In this document: positions 12,354 through 25,772 of the stretch, in pieces
Layout: every line of letters begins with the position of its first letter
How positions within the stretch are numbered: position 1 is the stretch's first letter
Assembly: GCA_009602725.1 (NCBI GenBank)
Contig: WELB01000001.1
Location: 1,196,999 to 1,260,998 of the forward strand
Length of the DNA stretch: 64,000 nucleotides
Origin: Spirogloea muscicola
Taxonomy: Eukaryota
Direction of reading: 5' to 3'
Position numbers and translations under genes: made by a program
Notes under the pieces: model-generated
Databases searched by the model: none
What the model was told of the DNA's origin: nothing
The model's input: only the letters and a program-made list of their open reading frames with translations

Positions 12354-15300
12354 TTACTGCTCCTTCTTCTGCGGGAGTGACTGAGAAGGAGCTTCTGTCA
12401 ACCTTGAGATGTTTTGTGTGCAGTGTCTCCTCGACTTAACTCTGACTGGGAACAAGGCCCGCAGCATATGCTCCCAAGCATAGCAGGCAGCAAACATGAG
12501 GGCAGCCATGAGGAGAAGGTGCCGCCCAAATGGTTGAGGCAACTCCACTAACTCGAGCTTCTGGTTGAGCGGGCGTATGGTATCAGAAGTCAATACTGTG
12601 AAGAAAATTCCGGCAACGGTGAGCGCGTAGAAGAATGGCCTGTTCTCGGTGATGCTCTGGTTGAATGGATGGCCGATGTAATTGACCGCAAATGTTGCAA
12701 CCTGCAAAACGCACGCACTCAGGATGCTGTCGAAGCTCATCTCGTCTTAGCAATGCTGATTCAGCAAGCCCCGATCTATCTTTCTCACCATTGTGGCTGA
12801 TCAACTTGCTTAAGGCTGCTTCTGCCTAACAGAAGTTGATTGGTCTCAACAGAGACAGAAAAGCGCCCACCTGGATCATCATATTTGCCATGTAGGAGAC
12901 GGTGTTGACCAGGTTCGGGTGAAAGGTCGACTCGGGCTCAATGCATTCTTGAGGCATGTACGCCTTTGCCCAGCTGACTGCTGTGCCGAGAAAGGTCAGG
13001 TGTACGGCAAACTGGCCGAGGAGGCTCAGGATGACGTACAAGGAGAACACCTGCGGCTGCGGCCTGGTTGCAGACAGCCGCTCGAGCGGCTTGGCCTGGG
13101 AGATGAAGAGGAAGAAGGAGGTCGTGAATATGCCGCCGATCGTCGCTTGGGAGTCGCCCAGCTTGACGCCGTCGAGGTGCATCACCGACAGCACATACGC
13201 TGTCGCGAGGCAGTTGAGACCCAGAATCTTGAACATCTGGAGAGTCGTCACGAGCGTGGACCGGCCCTGCCGCAGCACATCCACAGTGGGCCTGACGGAT
13301 GCATGCTTGGCTGTGAAGGGGGCCGCCATTGAGGCGTCACCCAGCTGCACCAGGGGAGCGCTTCGCCCATCACCTGCCTCCTGCGCCTCTTTCATCATCT
13401 GCTTTAGCTTTGCCTGCCTGCAGCAGGCAAGCATACAGCACCGTCAGCCCATCTGCGCAGCTGCCTGTCTGACTGCGATACATTGTCAGCAGCAAGATGT
13501 ACTCCACCCAGAAACATGAAATGATACATCGTGTTCGAATGGCAAGTAGCTCTGAGGACAGTGGCAAGCAACGCTTCACCTTTCCTCAAGGCGCTTCCGT
13601 TGTAGCTCAAGAGGCGTCAAGAATTTCCCTCGATCTGAAGAGTTGTCACCTCCTGTATTACTTGATTGCGCAGCTCTCTTGCCCTTGCTTGCCGAGTTAA
13701 GATGGCTCCCATTTGCTGTTGGAGGAGCTGATGCAAACCCTGGGGTTGAAGGGCTCCCCACTGCCCTAGCCTTGCGGGTACTGGTAGACGTGCCACCTAC
13801 AGGGGACAATGTCCATGGTGCTTTAGACCACCGTCACAGTACTTATCTTTTGCCATGTAGCAGCTCACCTTTGACATACAACTGTGTGACCACAGGAGTT
13901 ATTTCTGTCATCTTATGCTAAATACTAAATCACAAATTACAGAGCAAGAGTCGGCTGCAAATGTGATGGTGGTGAGTAAACAGCACCACTGGCTTGCAGC
14001 CTATAATCAATGTGTGCAGCCGGCGCAAGGTGCATATAGGTACACATAGCAATACTCCCTACTTACCTAATGCATCTGAACTCATAGGCTGCTGAACGGC
14101 CCCTGTCCGATGCTCATCACTTGCACCGGTTGACCCTTTGGAGGCACTTGCAGGCCGTGTTGGTAACACATTGAGCAAGGCCACGCCAACATGCGCCTGG
14201 TAGTCTTTATCAGATTGTTAGAAACCTACTTTTTGTCGACCCGTTCAACCACACCAATAGCGCAAGTTGCAAAGGATAGAAATGAGAAGAACGAGCCATC
14301 CATGAAGGCATTCTTGAACAGGGACATTTGTAGTGAAGACCTTCATGATATTGATTTCGCTTTCAAAAGTGGGACCACAGTTGCAGCTGCCAATACTGAT
14401 CCCGACTAGTCACACTAATGTGCAAGTAATAATATTTGGTTGTTGCACGTCCTGCACCTGCTTCAGTGCTCCAACATCATTCGTGCCATCGCCACACATA
14501 AGCGTGTATTTGCCTGCAGTCTTCAATGTGGTCAGGATGAGTTCCTTCTGATCGGGCGCCACCCTTGCAAAGACCTGCAATGATGCACAATGTCAGCAAA
14601 GTGGAAGCCAGCAATGCCTGGTATCAAGCACCAAAGAAGAACTCCAGTAAGTGCATGCAGCCTGTATCTGCAAGACAATCTGCTATACGGCACTGATTTT
14701 GACGGCAACTCTGCTATACGGCACTGATTTTGACTATCAAATTAGGAGTGGCTGTGTGAAACCTGGACAAAAGGGATGACAGCATCAAGAGAATCTGTAC
14801 GCTGGAGCATGGCAAGGCCATCTCCAGCTAAGCATAGGTCATACTCCAAAGCCAGACTTTCCACCTCCTCTACCCTGAGTCACACATTCACATAAAACAT
14901 TGTCAGACACCTGGAATTGGAGCTTAGCCCCTCAAGGAAGCCTGAATTGATCCTGGGCCCGCCACCTCAGTAAGGATCAGAGGACTCCACAGAGCATCAC
15001 TGCGCAACTTGTTTAGTGCTGCTGTCTGTAAGCAATGTGGAGGTTCAAGCAAGAGAATCTGCAGCAAACTGGCAGGTAACTGCCGCTGGTAAGGTATTAA
15101 ACCAATTATCATCGTTGGGCGACTACTCCAGTACAATCGAACAAGCTGTGCCAAAGTATGATACTCTGCTGGCGTTCTAGGGACCTTATTGCTTAAGCAT
15201 GATACTGACCTGTATTGTCTGCTTATGCTTTCATCGGTGGAGAGCCAAACAAACTCCGTTGGCAGAAGCAAAGAGTCCTCCTTATTGGTTCGAGACAAGG

Positions 15301-18300
15301 ATGGCGTCAAGATGAGCACAACTCGGTAGGTAACATGTACTTGTGCGGCCACATGACAAGCTGTCAAAGCTTGGTCACCTGTAATCATGATCTGGACAAA
15401 GGCAAGCAATAACTGCAGCTGGTGAGGATAATGGTGACCACAAGCTGCAAGGGTGCCTCTCTTTCCTTGCATACAGTAGGATACTGCTAATCAACACTGC
15501 TCTATATGCAGGTCTTGCAATAGTCACCAGAGGGGAGCACAGGTAAGAAGACACAATCTAGAAAAAGTCACTGGATGCACAACACACCAATTGCAACTAA
15601 TTTGGTTTTGCAGGTATCCAAGTCCATGCACTTCAATCTGTGCATAGCATGCACAGTAAGCCAAACGGTTGTAGATAGACTTACCAACTCATGGGACGCC
15701 TCACTCAGCTCCTTCAGAACATCTGCAGAGTCTGATCGCAGAGGACAAGCGAACACCTAGAAAAACAACCTCTCAGATGGCCTGTGAGAACCTGCCTATG
15801 CATCAAGGCAGATGCATGCACATGTATATAGATACACATGATTATGTGGATTGTGCATATGTGCATATATCTTCTGGTCATTGATATGTGAGTTGCACAA
15901 ATCGTCAATTAAGATGCAACCTCTGGACATGAGCAGATGGAGGACTTCGCAGTTTCTTACAGCAAAGCCAGAAAAAGTAAGGTCACTCTCTATCTCTCCT
16001 CTCTCCAACTTCCTCACATCTGTGACCTGTTGCAGAAAGTGCTCTTGTCAGTAGCAGAGCACTTCAGCTGCAAATTAGCGAACCCATCTGCCCAGTTCAG
16101 CACCTACTGGCGCTACAGTGATGAGCATAGAGGAGCAGCTGGATCCAGAGCAGGAGGATATGCAAGCAGAACATGCAATCAGGGAATCTAAGAACCCTAT
16201 GCCATAAGCAGCACAGCAGACATGACATCCAGGGTGTCATCTAGGGTGTACATGTAGGATCTTCTGTTACCCAAGGCAGTCATGCAGCTTACTGGCATGT
16301 CTAAGAGACTCTTGTGTGCAAGAGCAAGGACTCTGGAGCCCTGACGGGTGTAGCGTTTGTATGTGTCAGTATAATCAGCTGGAACATCCTTGAGCATCGC
16401 TTGGACAGTCTCTGGAGCCCCCTGCATAGCATTCAGACAATGCAGAAATGAAGGACATAACTCTAAGTATCAAGAGCAGAATGGTTGGTGCGTGGATTAG
16501 ACCAACTATTGAGAGCCAAGCATGTCATTGATAAATAGCCGGAAGGTAAGGTACCTTGACAAGGACTGTGTATCCTGATTTATCCTCAACACGTGCTATC
16601 ACTGCCATGCGCTTAAGATGGGATGCAAAGTGATGCCTCTGCACAATTTGAGCTGACAGGTGAGGTCCCCTGCAAAAGGAACGCATGCATCAGACATGAC
16701 TCTTCGCAACATTTCAGGGTCCTGATTGTACTTGTGGTCCTCCAAACAAAGTCTTCCTAATTAATCAGGAATGCAGACAGTGTATGCGCAGCAAGCCCTA
16801 GATGAGGAGAAAGACCGAGTTCACTACTTGCGAGAAACAGCCTTCTCTTCAGCTGTGAAGGACCAATCAACCCCCTTGAGTGCTGCCTTTTCCAAAGGGT
16901 CTCCCACCTACAAAACAGATGTTACGATCAACACAATTGACAACTGCCCCCAAAGACTTGCTGAGCATGCGAGGGGGCAGCAACCTGGCAGAATTGGTGA
17001 TGCAATTATATAGCATAAGCGTAAGCAGATGTCATGCCCTCTGTGTATACCTCATCGCTTCAGCAAGTCCAGGGATCTCAGCTGTAGCTGTGGCAACTCT
17101 TTGTGTGGCTTACCAGCTTGTTGTCCACAAATACAAGTGCGTGACATGCGGCAAGAGCCAGAACGGTCGGTTGCGGCAGTTCAGCTGGCACTGTTATAAT
17201 GTCAAAGGTACTACTGGTTCCTGCTACTCCTTGAAATTCCTGCAGGTCATGCAGAGCATGTTCAAGTAAGGATTGTTCAAGTAACGATCTGATGTCAGCA
17301 TTGATGAGGCAACTCACACCAGCAGTCCATGTATCCCTCCTCAAAGCAAAGCTGCCCTTATGCTCCAGCCCTCACAACCCATGAATTTAAGGTCCTGATA
17401 GACAACAAGGTAGGGCACTGAGTCACTGCAAGCATTCTTTCGCGCCTCTCAGTTTGCGTGGAGCATGAGCTGCTCCTCACCATGTCATCGCTTGTTAAGG
17501 TTCCTGTTTTGTCGAAGCAGCATGTGTCAACCTGTTGTCAAGAGATAACAGCAGGTGAGGCAGACAGTATACTCGATGCTCAGTAAATGTTGCATGATGT
17601 GGCAGGCATGCACAAGAAGGCAACAGCCACCTCTTGCTACACCACCACCTCGAGTGACGTCCATCTACGCCAAGACAGCAGATCAGGGATATTGAAGATT
17701 ATGTTTCACTGCCTTCCAGATCTCAGGCACTAGCATGCATTGCCCCCATGTTCACAAGATTTTCATAACGCAGACAGAGGTATACGGACCTTTCCACCGA
17801 AGGGGATGCGGAAAGGCTCAGTGCAGTAGATGCCACGTCGAGCAAGAGAGATGAGAGAGCTATTAACCGCAATGGAGAGCTCCATTGGGAGTTCTGGGGG
17901 TATGACTGATGTGATGATGAGAGAGCAATTGAGCAGTAGCTTGTACCTACTTCGGTTGGGGTCCTCGAGACCCTGACAAGAGCGGCGAGAAGGTCATGGA
18001 CGGACAGTCTAAGCCTTTTCTGACGATTTTATGGCAACAACCTTCAAAAACTGAACCTACCTGTACCCTGCTCATCCTGTAGCTGCATACTTGGGCACAG
18101 GTAGCAGGACACACAAGTGGAGATATGTCACAAGCTGGAAATTCCATGCAATGCTCACCTTGACCAGAACATAGCCAGAAGCTATGAGGGCAAAGAAAAC
18201 CAGAAAGAGGATGAAGAGGCCGCTCTCTTTGCTGTTTGCAGATACCTGGACAGACGAATTCTTTGACAACTCAGCAAATACGAGCAACCATAATCCCATG

Positions 18301-21112
18301 TAATCACAAGGCAGGACGCAGCCTCCTGCATATACACGAGCTGCAATAATGTGAACCTCTTCTGGTCAACAGGAGCGTGCTGACAGTGATCGTGAGAAGG
18401 ACGTCAATTATAAGCTTCACAACCCATCAAGAATATCTGCTCAAAGCCCTGAATCACGTGATGTCATCACCAGGCGTGACAAGACGCAGAACATTGATCG
18501 CCGAAGCTTACTCGTTCAGTTGAGAACAGAATGGTGCGCATAAGCTTGCCTTGGCTGGTGTTGAACCCTGTCCTAAGGACAACGGCCAAGCAGCCACCAT
18601 CGGGTGTCTTTACAGGGTGCATCTGCACAGAAATTCTGTGTGAGCAGGATTTGTGCAAGCATTGACAAGGAAACAGCACAGAAAGCTCAACTGTCATGGT
18701 GCAGTAATTTCCTAAAGAATGGGCTTTCACGCAGATGTGTGACAAGATGAGATCCGACTTCACGTATGTGTCCATGCAAGCTTTTGGATTATACCTTGTC
18801 TGGGGTGTGCTGAAGTATCTTGGTGCCCCCAAAGAGAACATGAGCCTTATCCCTCTTGATGGACAGCCTATCAGTCAGCTCTCGTCCAATCACTGGTCCC
18901 TGTAGTCAATGTAACAGTCAGATCATCTTAAGAACAATCTGTTGAACAAGATGAGTTAGCAGGTGATTAACGTTGAAACCATCTGCTGAAGCTCCTGAAG
19001 CAAGACAATGCAAGCCTACAAGTAGTTGGTGTCCATCTTCCCGAAAGTACATACTGACCTTCCATTGAGGAGTGGATTCCCCCGTAAGTAAGGCCTCATT
19101 TGCAATAGCGCTCCCAGCAAGTAGCAGCATATCTGCTGGTATTGTCCTTTCTTCACTTCCCATGGCTGTTGACCGCCCTATAGACAGGACGTCCCCAGGC
19201 ACGAGGTCTGAACCAGGTAACTTCACCCACCTGCCAAACACAGACAATCGGAAGTCAGATTCTCAAGGTGGTGACTACTGAGCTAACCAAGCACGCAGAG
19301 ATGTTGCTGTATAGTGGTCCCTACATATCTGGAGATACCTAGAAAAAGCTAATCAACAACATGGCTTCTGTTAAGTAAATGCTGCCATAAGTTGGAACTA
19401 TCGACAAGTGATTTCGTACTTGCCACCTCGATGTACGTTCAGGCTCTGTGAATCAACTCGGACCTGACGAAGCTCCGTAAGAGTACGAAGCCGACTTTTC
19501 ACAACTGTTGATTCAAATACAAGCAGCATGAATAATGTGAACAGACTGAATTGCCAGTAGTCGTCCAAGCACCAAAGGGCAACGCAGAAGACCTGAGAAT
19601 AACAACTGACCAAAGTGTCAAGAAAGTGGCATCTGCAACAAAAACACTGTAAATAACATGGGGAAAAGGAGATACTTTACTATCATGGGCGCATGCCATC
19701 TGTACGCAGAACAGCTAAGACTTGCACAGATTGCTCTATAAATCTCCGACCTGAAAAACGAAAAAAGGCTCCATGCACTGTTCCTTCATGAGCTTGCCAA
19801 ATGTAGGCTGGGGGAACTCGAACCTGAAGAGGTGACAACTTCCCAACTTGTATGAGAGTGATATCACAAGATGACCTTATACAAGGTTGCAAGCTGAATC
19901 TTCTTCATGGTGCTGCTACAGAATGCATGCTTTTCACGGACTACAATCTGATCAGTCCTTGTGAGTAAATGCTGATGATCAGGGGTTCAAATGCAAGACG
20001 TACACATTCTTTCCCCAACGTTGCATAGCTGCCTGCACCTTCGCTTCAGTGCCATATCCACCTGCCTTCATGTAAAACTCAACAGGCTCCTTTGTTGGCA
20101 ACTTCAGCTTCTCAAACTTGTTCTCTATCTGTGAATAAAGAAAGTGCTGCTTCCTGTACACAAATTGGAACTCTTCGTCCACGAATTTGCTGTCGGAAGT
20201 GCTCTGACCAAATAGTTGCTTGTCTACTGGAAGCTGGCCGAGAGGGAAACAAGAGAGATCGTAAGAAAGGCAGTGTCTCAATCCTTCACTGCACAGAGTC
20301 ATTCTTCACAGGAGGCTGCGGCTGCTAACATGTGCTAGTACTCTGTGCAAGCAACAAAAGACGGTGTATCCTATTGAGATTACTGGCAAGAGATGATATT
20401 GTTGCTTGCTGAATAGACTAGTCACACTACTGTCATGGAGATGCTTAAACCCTGTGTCACAGCCTCAAGATAAGCCTCAAATCTCGACTGCCTCATCTTT
20501 CGACTTGATTTGTGACCTTCATGCTTGAGCTCACCAGCATGCGCCTGACGACAGGAACCACCTCCTTTTTACCAGAGAAAGTGGTAGGAATGACTTTGCA
20601 GATGTCAGCCGAATACAAGTCCTTAACCTGCACCACGTAGCTCAAGCAACTGTCAAACCCTGGAAGTGGCAGGCAGGCTGAGTATGTCAGGCAGACGTGC
20701 TCCTCAGCGGAGGCCATATGTCAGGCACAGATGGGACCTTGGTTTTGATGGATAAGTCAGCTTCGAGCTACCGAATCAAGGACGATGACAGAGGTGACCA
20801 CATCGGAGTCGTTTGCTTCAGGGCTGGGCTCCAAGTAGATGCGCAAAGGGCGTCACCACGCACCTTCTGAGCGTGAGCGTAGCAGAGGAAGTCCACGGAC
20901 CACCCCGTGAAGAGCACGGTGAGGATATGCAGCAGGCCAAGAGCGCCGAGCCCGACCAACACATCCGTGGTGTTGAGACTTGCTCCCCCGGCTGCGGCCA
21001 GCCAGAGCGCGTAAGCCATCGCAAAGGGCCACACGTCCAGCCGTCTCGCGATCGGGAGCCACTTGTACACCTCCACTGCTTGCACCGTCTTGGCGTCGAC
21101 CTGGATCGCCAT
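12354..21112 (-). CDS. PDR2: P5A-type ATPase (ATP13A1/Spf1/PDR2 orthologue), about 20 exons
   Basis: Start MAIQVD...[18 protein letters not shown] (~19070); [27 protein letters not shown] (~17890); [10 protein letters not shown] (~17510); [29 protein letters not shown] (~14480); [28 protein letters not shown]; stop at 12354. Confidence 0.95.
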
Positions 21113-21692
21113 CGCAGTGCACGTGGTGCGGCTGCCAGGGGCCTCCTGTGCCGCTACGCCGGCAACGTGAGACGGCTTCTGCAGCCGGCTGACTCCTTGG
21201 ACCGGACGGCTACGCCATGTACGCGAGCTCTCCGAACCTCAGGTGGCCATGGCGGCGGTGGCCGTGGCGGAGCGGCGGCGGGCGTCCCGGCACAGGCCTG
21301 CGCCACTCCAGTGAAACGATCACCCGTCTTGCCGCAATAAGACTAGGGGTCCAGCTCTGGCAATGCGCGGATCGGCGCAGTGCCACTGGCCCGTAGGCAG
21401 CGTCCGACCGTCGGTGTAAAGCGGGAGCCGTCCAAGGTCGACGACTCGACAGTGGACCGCCGGTACCATGTAGATCGCACACTGCGGTGCTGAAATACTT
21501 TGCTATTCCGCAGAGCACCGCCAAAGGCAGCAGCTAAATGAATTATGCGGCAGATTCTTTAGTCACCCCTCGGACGTGCAGGCACAGGGAGACGCCACGT
21601 GGAAGGCCTCCGCTCCTTGGTGCATTGACTCTCCATTGGTAACGCCATCCTACCCCAGTACTGCTCATCTCAGCTCGTCGGACCAGCTCGCC
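21113..21692. promoter_or_regulatory. Putative bidirectional promoter between the P5A ATPase and DUF4079 genes
   Basis: Head-to-head ATGs 580 bp apart; CACGTG at ~21120 and GCCACGTGG at ~21594. Confidence 0.5.
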
Positions 21693-23700
21693 ATGGCCGC
21701 GCCCCTCGCCGCCGCGGCGGCTTCCGCGCCGTGCGCCGCAGCGCCCGCTGCCTGCCTACGCCGTCGTGCCGCCGCCACCAGGTCCACGGCCTCTCGGATC
21801 GCCCAGGCCACGCCCTCCCTGACCAGGCTTCGCCAGCGTTCGACCGGTGAGGCCAGCGCACGGCGAGGGCGTGCAGCGCTGTGCATCGTGGGCGCGATCC
21901 TCGAGTAATGCAGAGAGGGGCTCCGTTGACCGTACAAGGGCCTCTCTCACATCGCTAGCTGCCTCTCCGGCTGGCTTGAAGCTGGCCAGCCAGAGACCAC
22001 CGCAACTGCTGGCAAGTTGTGATGCCCCAAGGGCTTGTCGGTTGTGCAGCAGGCTTGGGTTGCAACCTGACCACTAGACGTGCGGCAGCACGGGCAGCCG
22101 CAACTTCATCTGACGACAAGCCCACTGAAGCTGACCAGGAGAGCAAGCTGGCTCTGGGCGCCCCGATCGTCTCAGCTCTCCTGCCCTTCATCCTCAGCAG
22201 CCAGGTGAGGAGAGTGACAGCTGGGCACAGCTGGGTTGTCGTCTATGTGACCGTACGGCCATTGAAGACTTGGTTTTCCATTCACCTCTCTGCTTCTTGC
22301 CTCTCGGGCGACACATGCCCTTCTCGTGATTGCTGTGCACCCCAGTAATTGTAGAGCATTTCTGTAGAATGTCGCTAGGGGCTGCTACCGGAGTCAAAGG
22401 GTGCGTTTCATGAGTTGAGAATGTCCTGACGGGTCTTTGGGACATGTTTGATATTGGAATGGTCAATGAAAACGGCAAGTAGGAGGAACAATTTTTCCGC
22501 AAGAAGTGTACAGGATGGCACTTTTACGTGATGCAGATGAAAAAAGCATCAGAGAACAAGACAGCCGGAGCTGGACAAGGACGTCGCCCACTGAGTCGCT
22601 TGGCCAGAATTTTGATATATGGCCTGCTTGATTTGTACAGGATGCTCTTGCAGCCGAGGGCCAATTTGGAGTTTTGGAGGGCAGATCCATAGCGCTGATT
22701 CACCCTATTGTCATGATTGGTCTTCTGGGGACCAGCCTGTGGTCAGCATATCTTGGTTGGCAATGGCGGCGTGTACGCACCATTCCAAATGAAGTTTCAG
22801 CACTGAAGAAGCAGATGCCTGCACCAGTGGAGGGCGCTCCTCCTTCTGAGATTGAGCAGAAGATCAACAAATTGACTGAGGTGCACATTCTTGCTTCTTG
22901 TTCAGCGCTGTTAGGCTGGTGCACTTGCTCACTATTTCTTGAGGTCCTTGCCTGCATAAGGTCTAGGCACCTGCTCATCTTCATGACGTGGCTGTGTATG
23001 CAACACACATTGCGTCCAGAGGTTGCACCATAGTCTGTACCGGCCTTTGATTGTGAAAGCAGCACCAGAGAGACGCAGGGGCAGCTGTCGGAAGCAGTCT
23101 ATTGCTCATAACAGAGTCGTTCAAGCATGGCAAACAGGAACGCAAGACTCTTGTAAAGGGCAACTTCCGGGACCGCCACTGGAATGTTGGTTCGATCCTC
23201 TTGGGTGGAGGTGTGACAATGTCTATTGGTGGAGCTGTCAACACATACCTGCGAACTGGCAAGCTCTTCCCAGGCCCTCACCTGTTTGCTGGAGCTGGTA
23301 AGGATTCTTCACAACTCACCTCAAGCATTGCTTGCATCTGGATTAGGGTATGTGTAGTACTCATTCATGCAGTCCGTCCAAAGGTAAAGAGAGCTGAATC
23401 TGTGTACAGCTCTCAGAGGCAAGGCTGGTGGCTTCGTCTTATGCAGAGGGTTACTGAGGCTCTCATCATGTTCACATATGTTTATCTGTCTACGTGATGA
23501 TAGTCGCAATATGTGCTGCAGGTATCACTGCTCTGTGGGCTGCAGCAGCATCTTTGGTACCTGCTATGCAGAAAGGTGACGATAATGCACGGAACGCGCA
23601 CATAGCCCTGAATGTCGTCAACATTGGTCTGTTCCTTTGGCAAGTGCCTACGGGTTTTGAGATTGTGGAGAAGGTTTTCCAGTTTGCACCTTGGCCTTGA
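21693..23700 (+). CDS. Plastid-targeted DUF4079 family membrane protein (cytochrome b561-like). Exons 21693-21846, 22053-22204, 22641-22880, 23138-23297, 23522-23700
   Basis: Ala/Ser/Arg-rich transit-like N-terminus; EGRSIALIHP, GWQWRRVRT, RDRHWNVGS, GKLFPGPHLFAGAG, ARNAHIALN and WQVPTG..IV.KV motifs. Confidence 0.88.
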
Positions 23701-24889
23701 AGCATTTAAGCAAGGTCATTGAACACCATTGTAACGTATGTGTTGAGTGAGTGAGTGGCACTGCTGGTTCTGCAAGTTGCAAATGGTCAACAGTCAATAA
23801 AGTTGTTAACCAAGTACGCTGCACAATCGCTTGGGTCCTGACCTTGTCTGGTGGTCTTCAAGAGGACACGCATAGCGGCTATGCTGTTCCAATGTGGTGG
23901 ACCTTAAACCATGTGAAGGAGAGTAGTCCCGGTAGCACTGCAGAAATTGAGATTGTGTGCAGGCCTCTGCACAATAAGAGTCAGGTTCAGGAATACACTT
24001 GTACTTTGACAGAGAAAGGTCTGTCAACATGTGCAGCTGACAAGCGATTGCTGCTATACTAGTTGGCCCTTTTCCAGAGTGAGCACACACCATGGTGCAG
24101 GGCTACATGCGATGCTTGTTTGCCTTCAGCTGTTGAGGGCAAGAGGAATGATGTAGTGGCTGTGGTAGATCTGTGCCTTGTACCTTCAGCGTGCAATTTG
24201 AGATTGTATTTTGTTCTGATCGATCCACAGCTTGCTGACACATATTCACTGACTAAGTGGAGAGTTAGATATGAGCCATGAATTATGTGTCTGACCGCCT
24301 AAGCGGATTGAGTCATCTCTGTCATACTTTTTATATCTGATATACAACAGCTCTTCTGGGGGTGCAGTGGCTACAATGGCTAGTGTAGTTGGTACTTCTA
24401 ACATGGTATCCGTCGGCGCTAGTAAATGCAAGATGTAGAAGTTGGAAATTGTACACTCGATCAGATAGGTTGGGTTGCGAAGCTAGATCAAACGCACAAT
24501 AGAATAATTGATGGACGATGGCTGCTGTTAAGCCCCTCATTCATATGCCCGGGGGGTGTGCGCAAGGAGGAAACCTGGCAGATGTAGCCCCTCATAAAGG
24601 GGGAGAGAAGGCGCGTCGTGCGCATGAAATTGAATGGGAAGCCAATTCTAGCCTTCAAAATGTCCTGTTGACTGGGTAATGAGCTGGCTAAGGGGGACAC
24701 TAGTATCCCCGAGTGAGCACATGCATATCTGACAAGCTATGCTGAGGCGCCAAACCACCACCACGGAAGCCATTAGCCTGGGCTAACGCACGACCAGCAC
24801 GCTGGTGTATCGCGAGTGCCTGGAACGCTGTAGACTGCGAAGGGGGCGAAGGCTATCTAAGCTAGCCCACAATGCAAGGTTTGAAGGAA

Positions 24890-25420
24890 AGAAAGGAAAG
24901 AGCTCGCCCATTGAGGATAGGGGCTGGAACAGCCAGTTTAAAAAAGAATGGACAAAGTACGAGAAGGGAGCCAGGGGAAGCGCTAAGAAAAACAAGCACA
25001 AGAAGAAACAAAGCAACTACGAATGACTCAGTAATTCCTGCTGAGCAGCCGCAGATCAGAGATGCTAGGGTCCTGGAAGTGGGTCCCCTGGACAGAGCCA
25101 GAGGCAGCAGCTAGGGCTCTTCCGGCACGAAGCTGCAGCGCACGGGCCATGGACCTCTGCAGCGAGACGGCCAAGCGCATGCGATACACTTGCGCCAGCG
25201 ACCCGGCTGCAGGAAAGTCTACCGGTTCACCATGGAAGCGACGAGCGATTGCGTGGCGGGCGAGCTGGTTAAGTAGCTCAAGCCACCGAGCGCCCAGTGC
25301 CCCATGGATGTCAAGAAAGCTCTTCTCCACGAGTTTGCGGTGGCTGTGGAATGAATGGACTAGGAGCCGGGAACTGTGTATCAGAAGTGGAGCGCACCTG
25401 GCAGGCAGTGCCTGCAGCAC
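24890..25420 (-). mobile_element. 5'-truncated REL-endonuclease non-LTR retrotransposon remnant (CRE-like, family A) with 3' UTR
   Basis: Translates DIHGALGARWLELLNQLARHA...YRMRLAVSLQRSMARAL...DLRLLSRNY*, followed by a 3' UTR (TTAGCGCTTCCCCTGGC...CAGCCCCTATCCTCAATGGGCGAGC) repeated elsewhere in the window. Confidence 0.75.
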
Positions 25421-25708
25421 ACCGAGTAGGAACTGCCTATCGGGAAGGGGCCCGGGGATGACGCCACGGCTGACGACTCAGGGAGGAGGCGGGCAAGCTC
25501 AACTCCGCCCCTCCTACCTCCATTGCGCTTCCTCCCCTCAACTCAATCTGAATATCTATTTCCTATTTCCTATTTGTGACACGGGGGTAGTAAGAGCGCC
25601 CTGTCTGTCTGGCCAGTGGCTCCGCTAATGTGGTCATTTCATTTCATTCACAAATTCATGTATTAAAACCTGGCTGGCTTCAGCAGCCAAATTCTTCTTC
25701 AATTCTTC

Positions 25709-25741
25709 ATGCTCCGCCTGGCCCGCCTCCTGCCGCTGCGC

Positions 25742-25772
<31 letters not shown>

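Noticed and set aside
14679..14734. 25-bp direct repeat TCTGCTATACGGCACTGATTTTGAC
   Set aside because: A simple local duplication in a P5A intron with no further structure.
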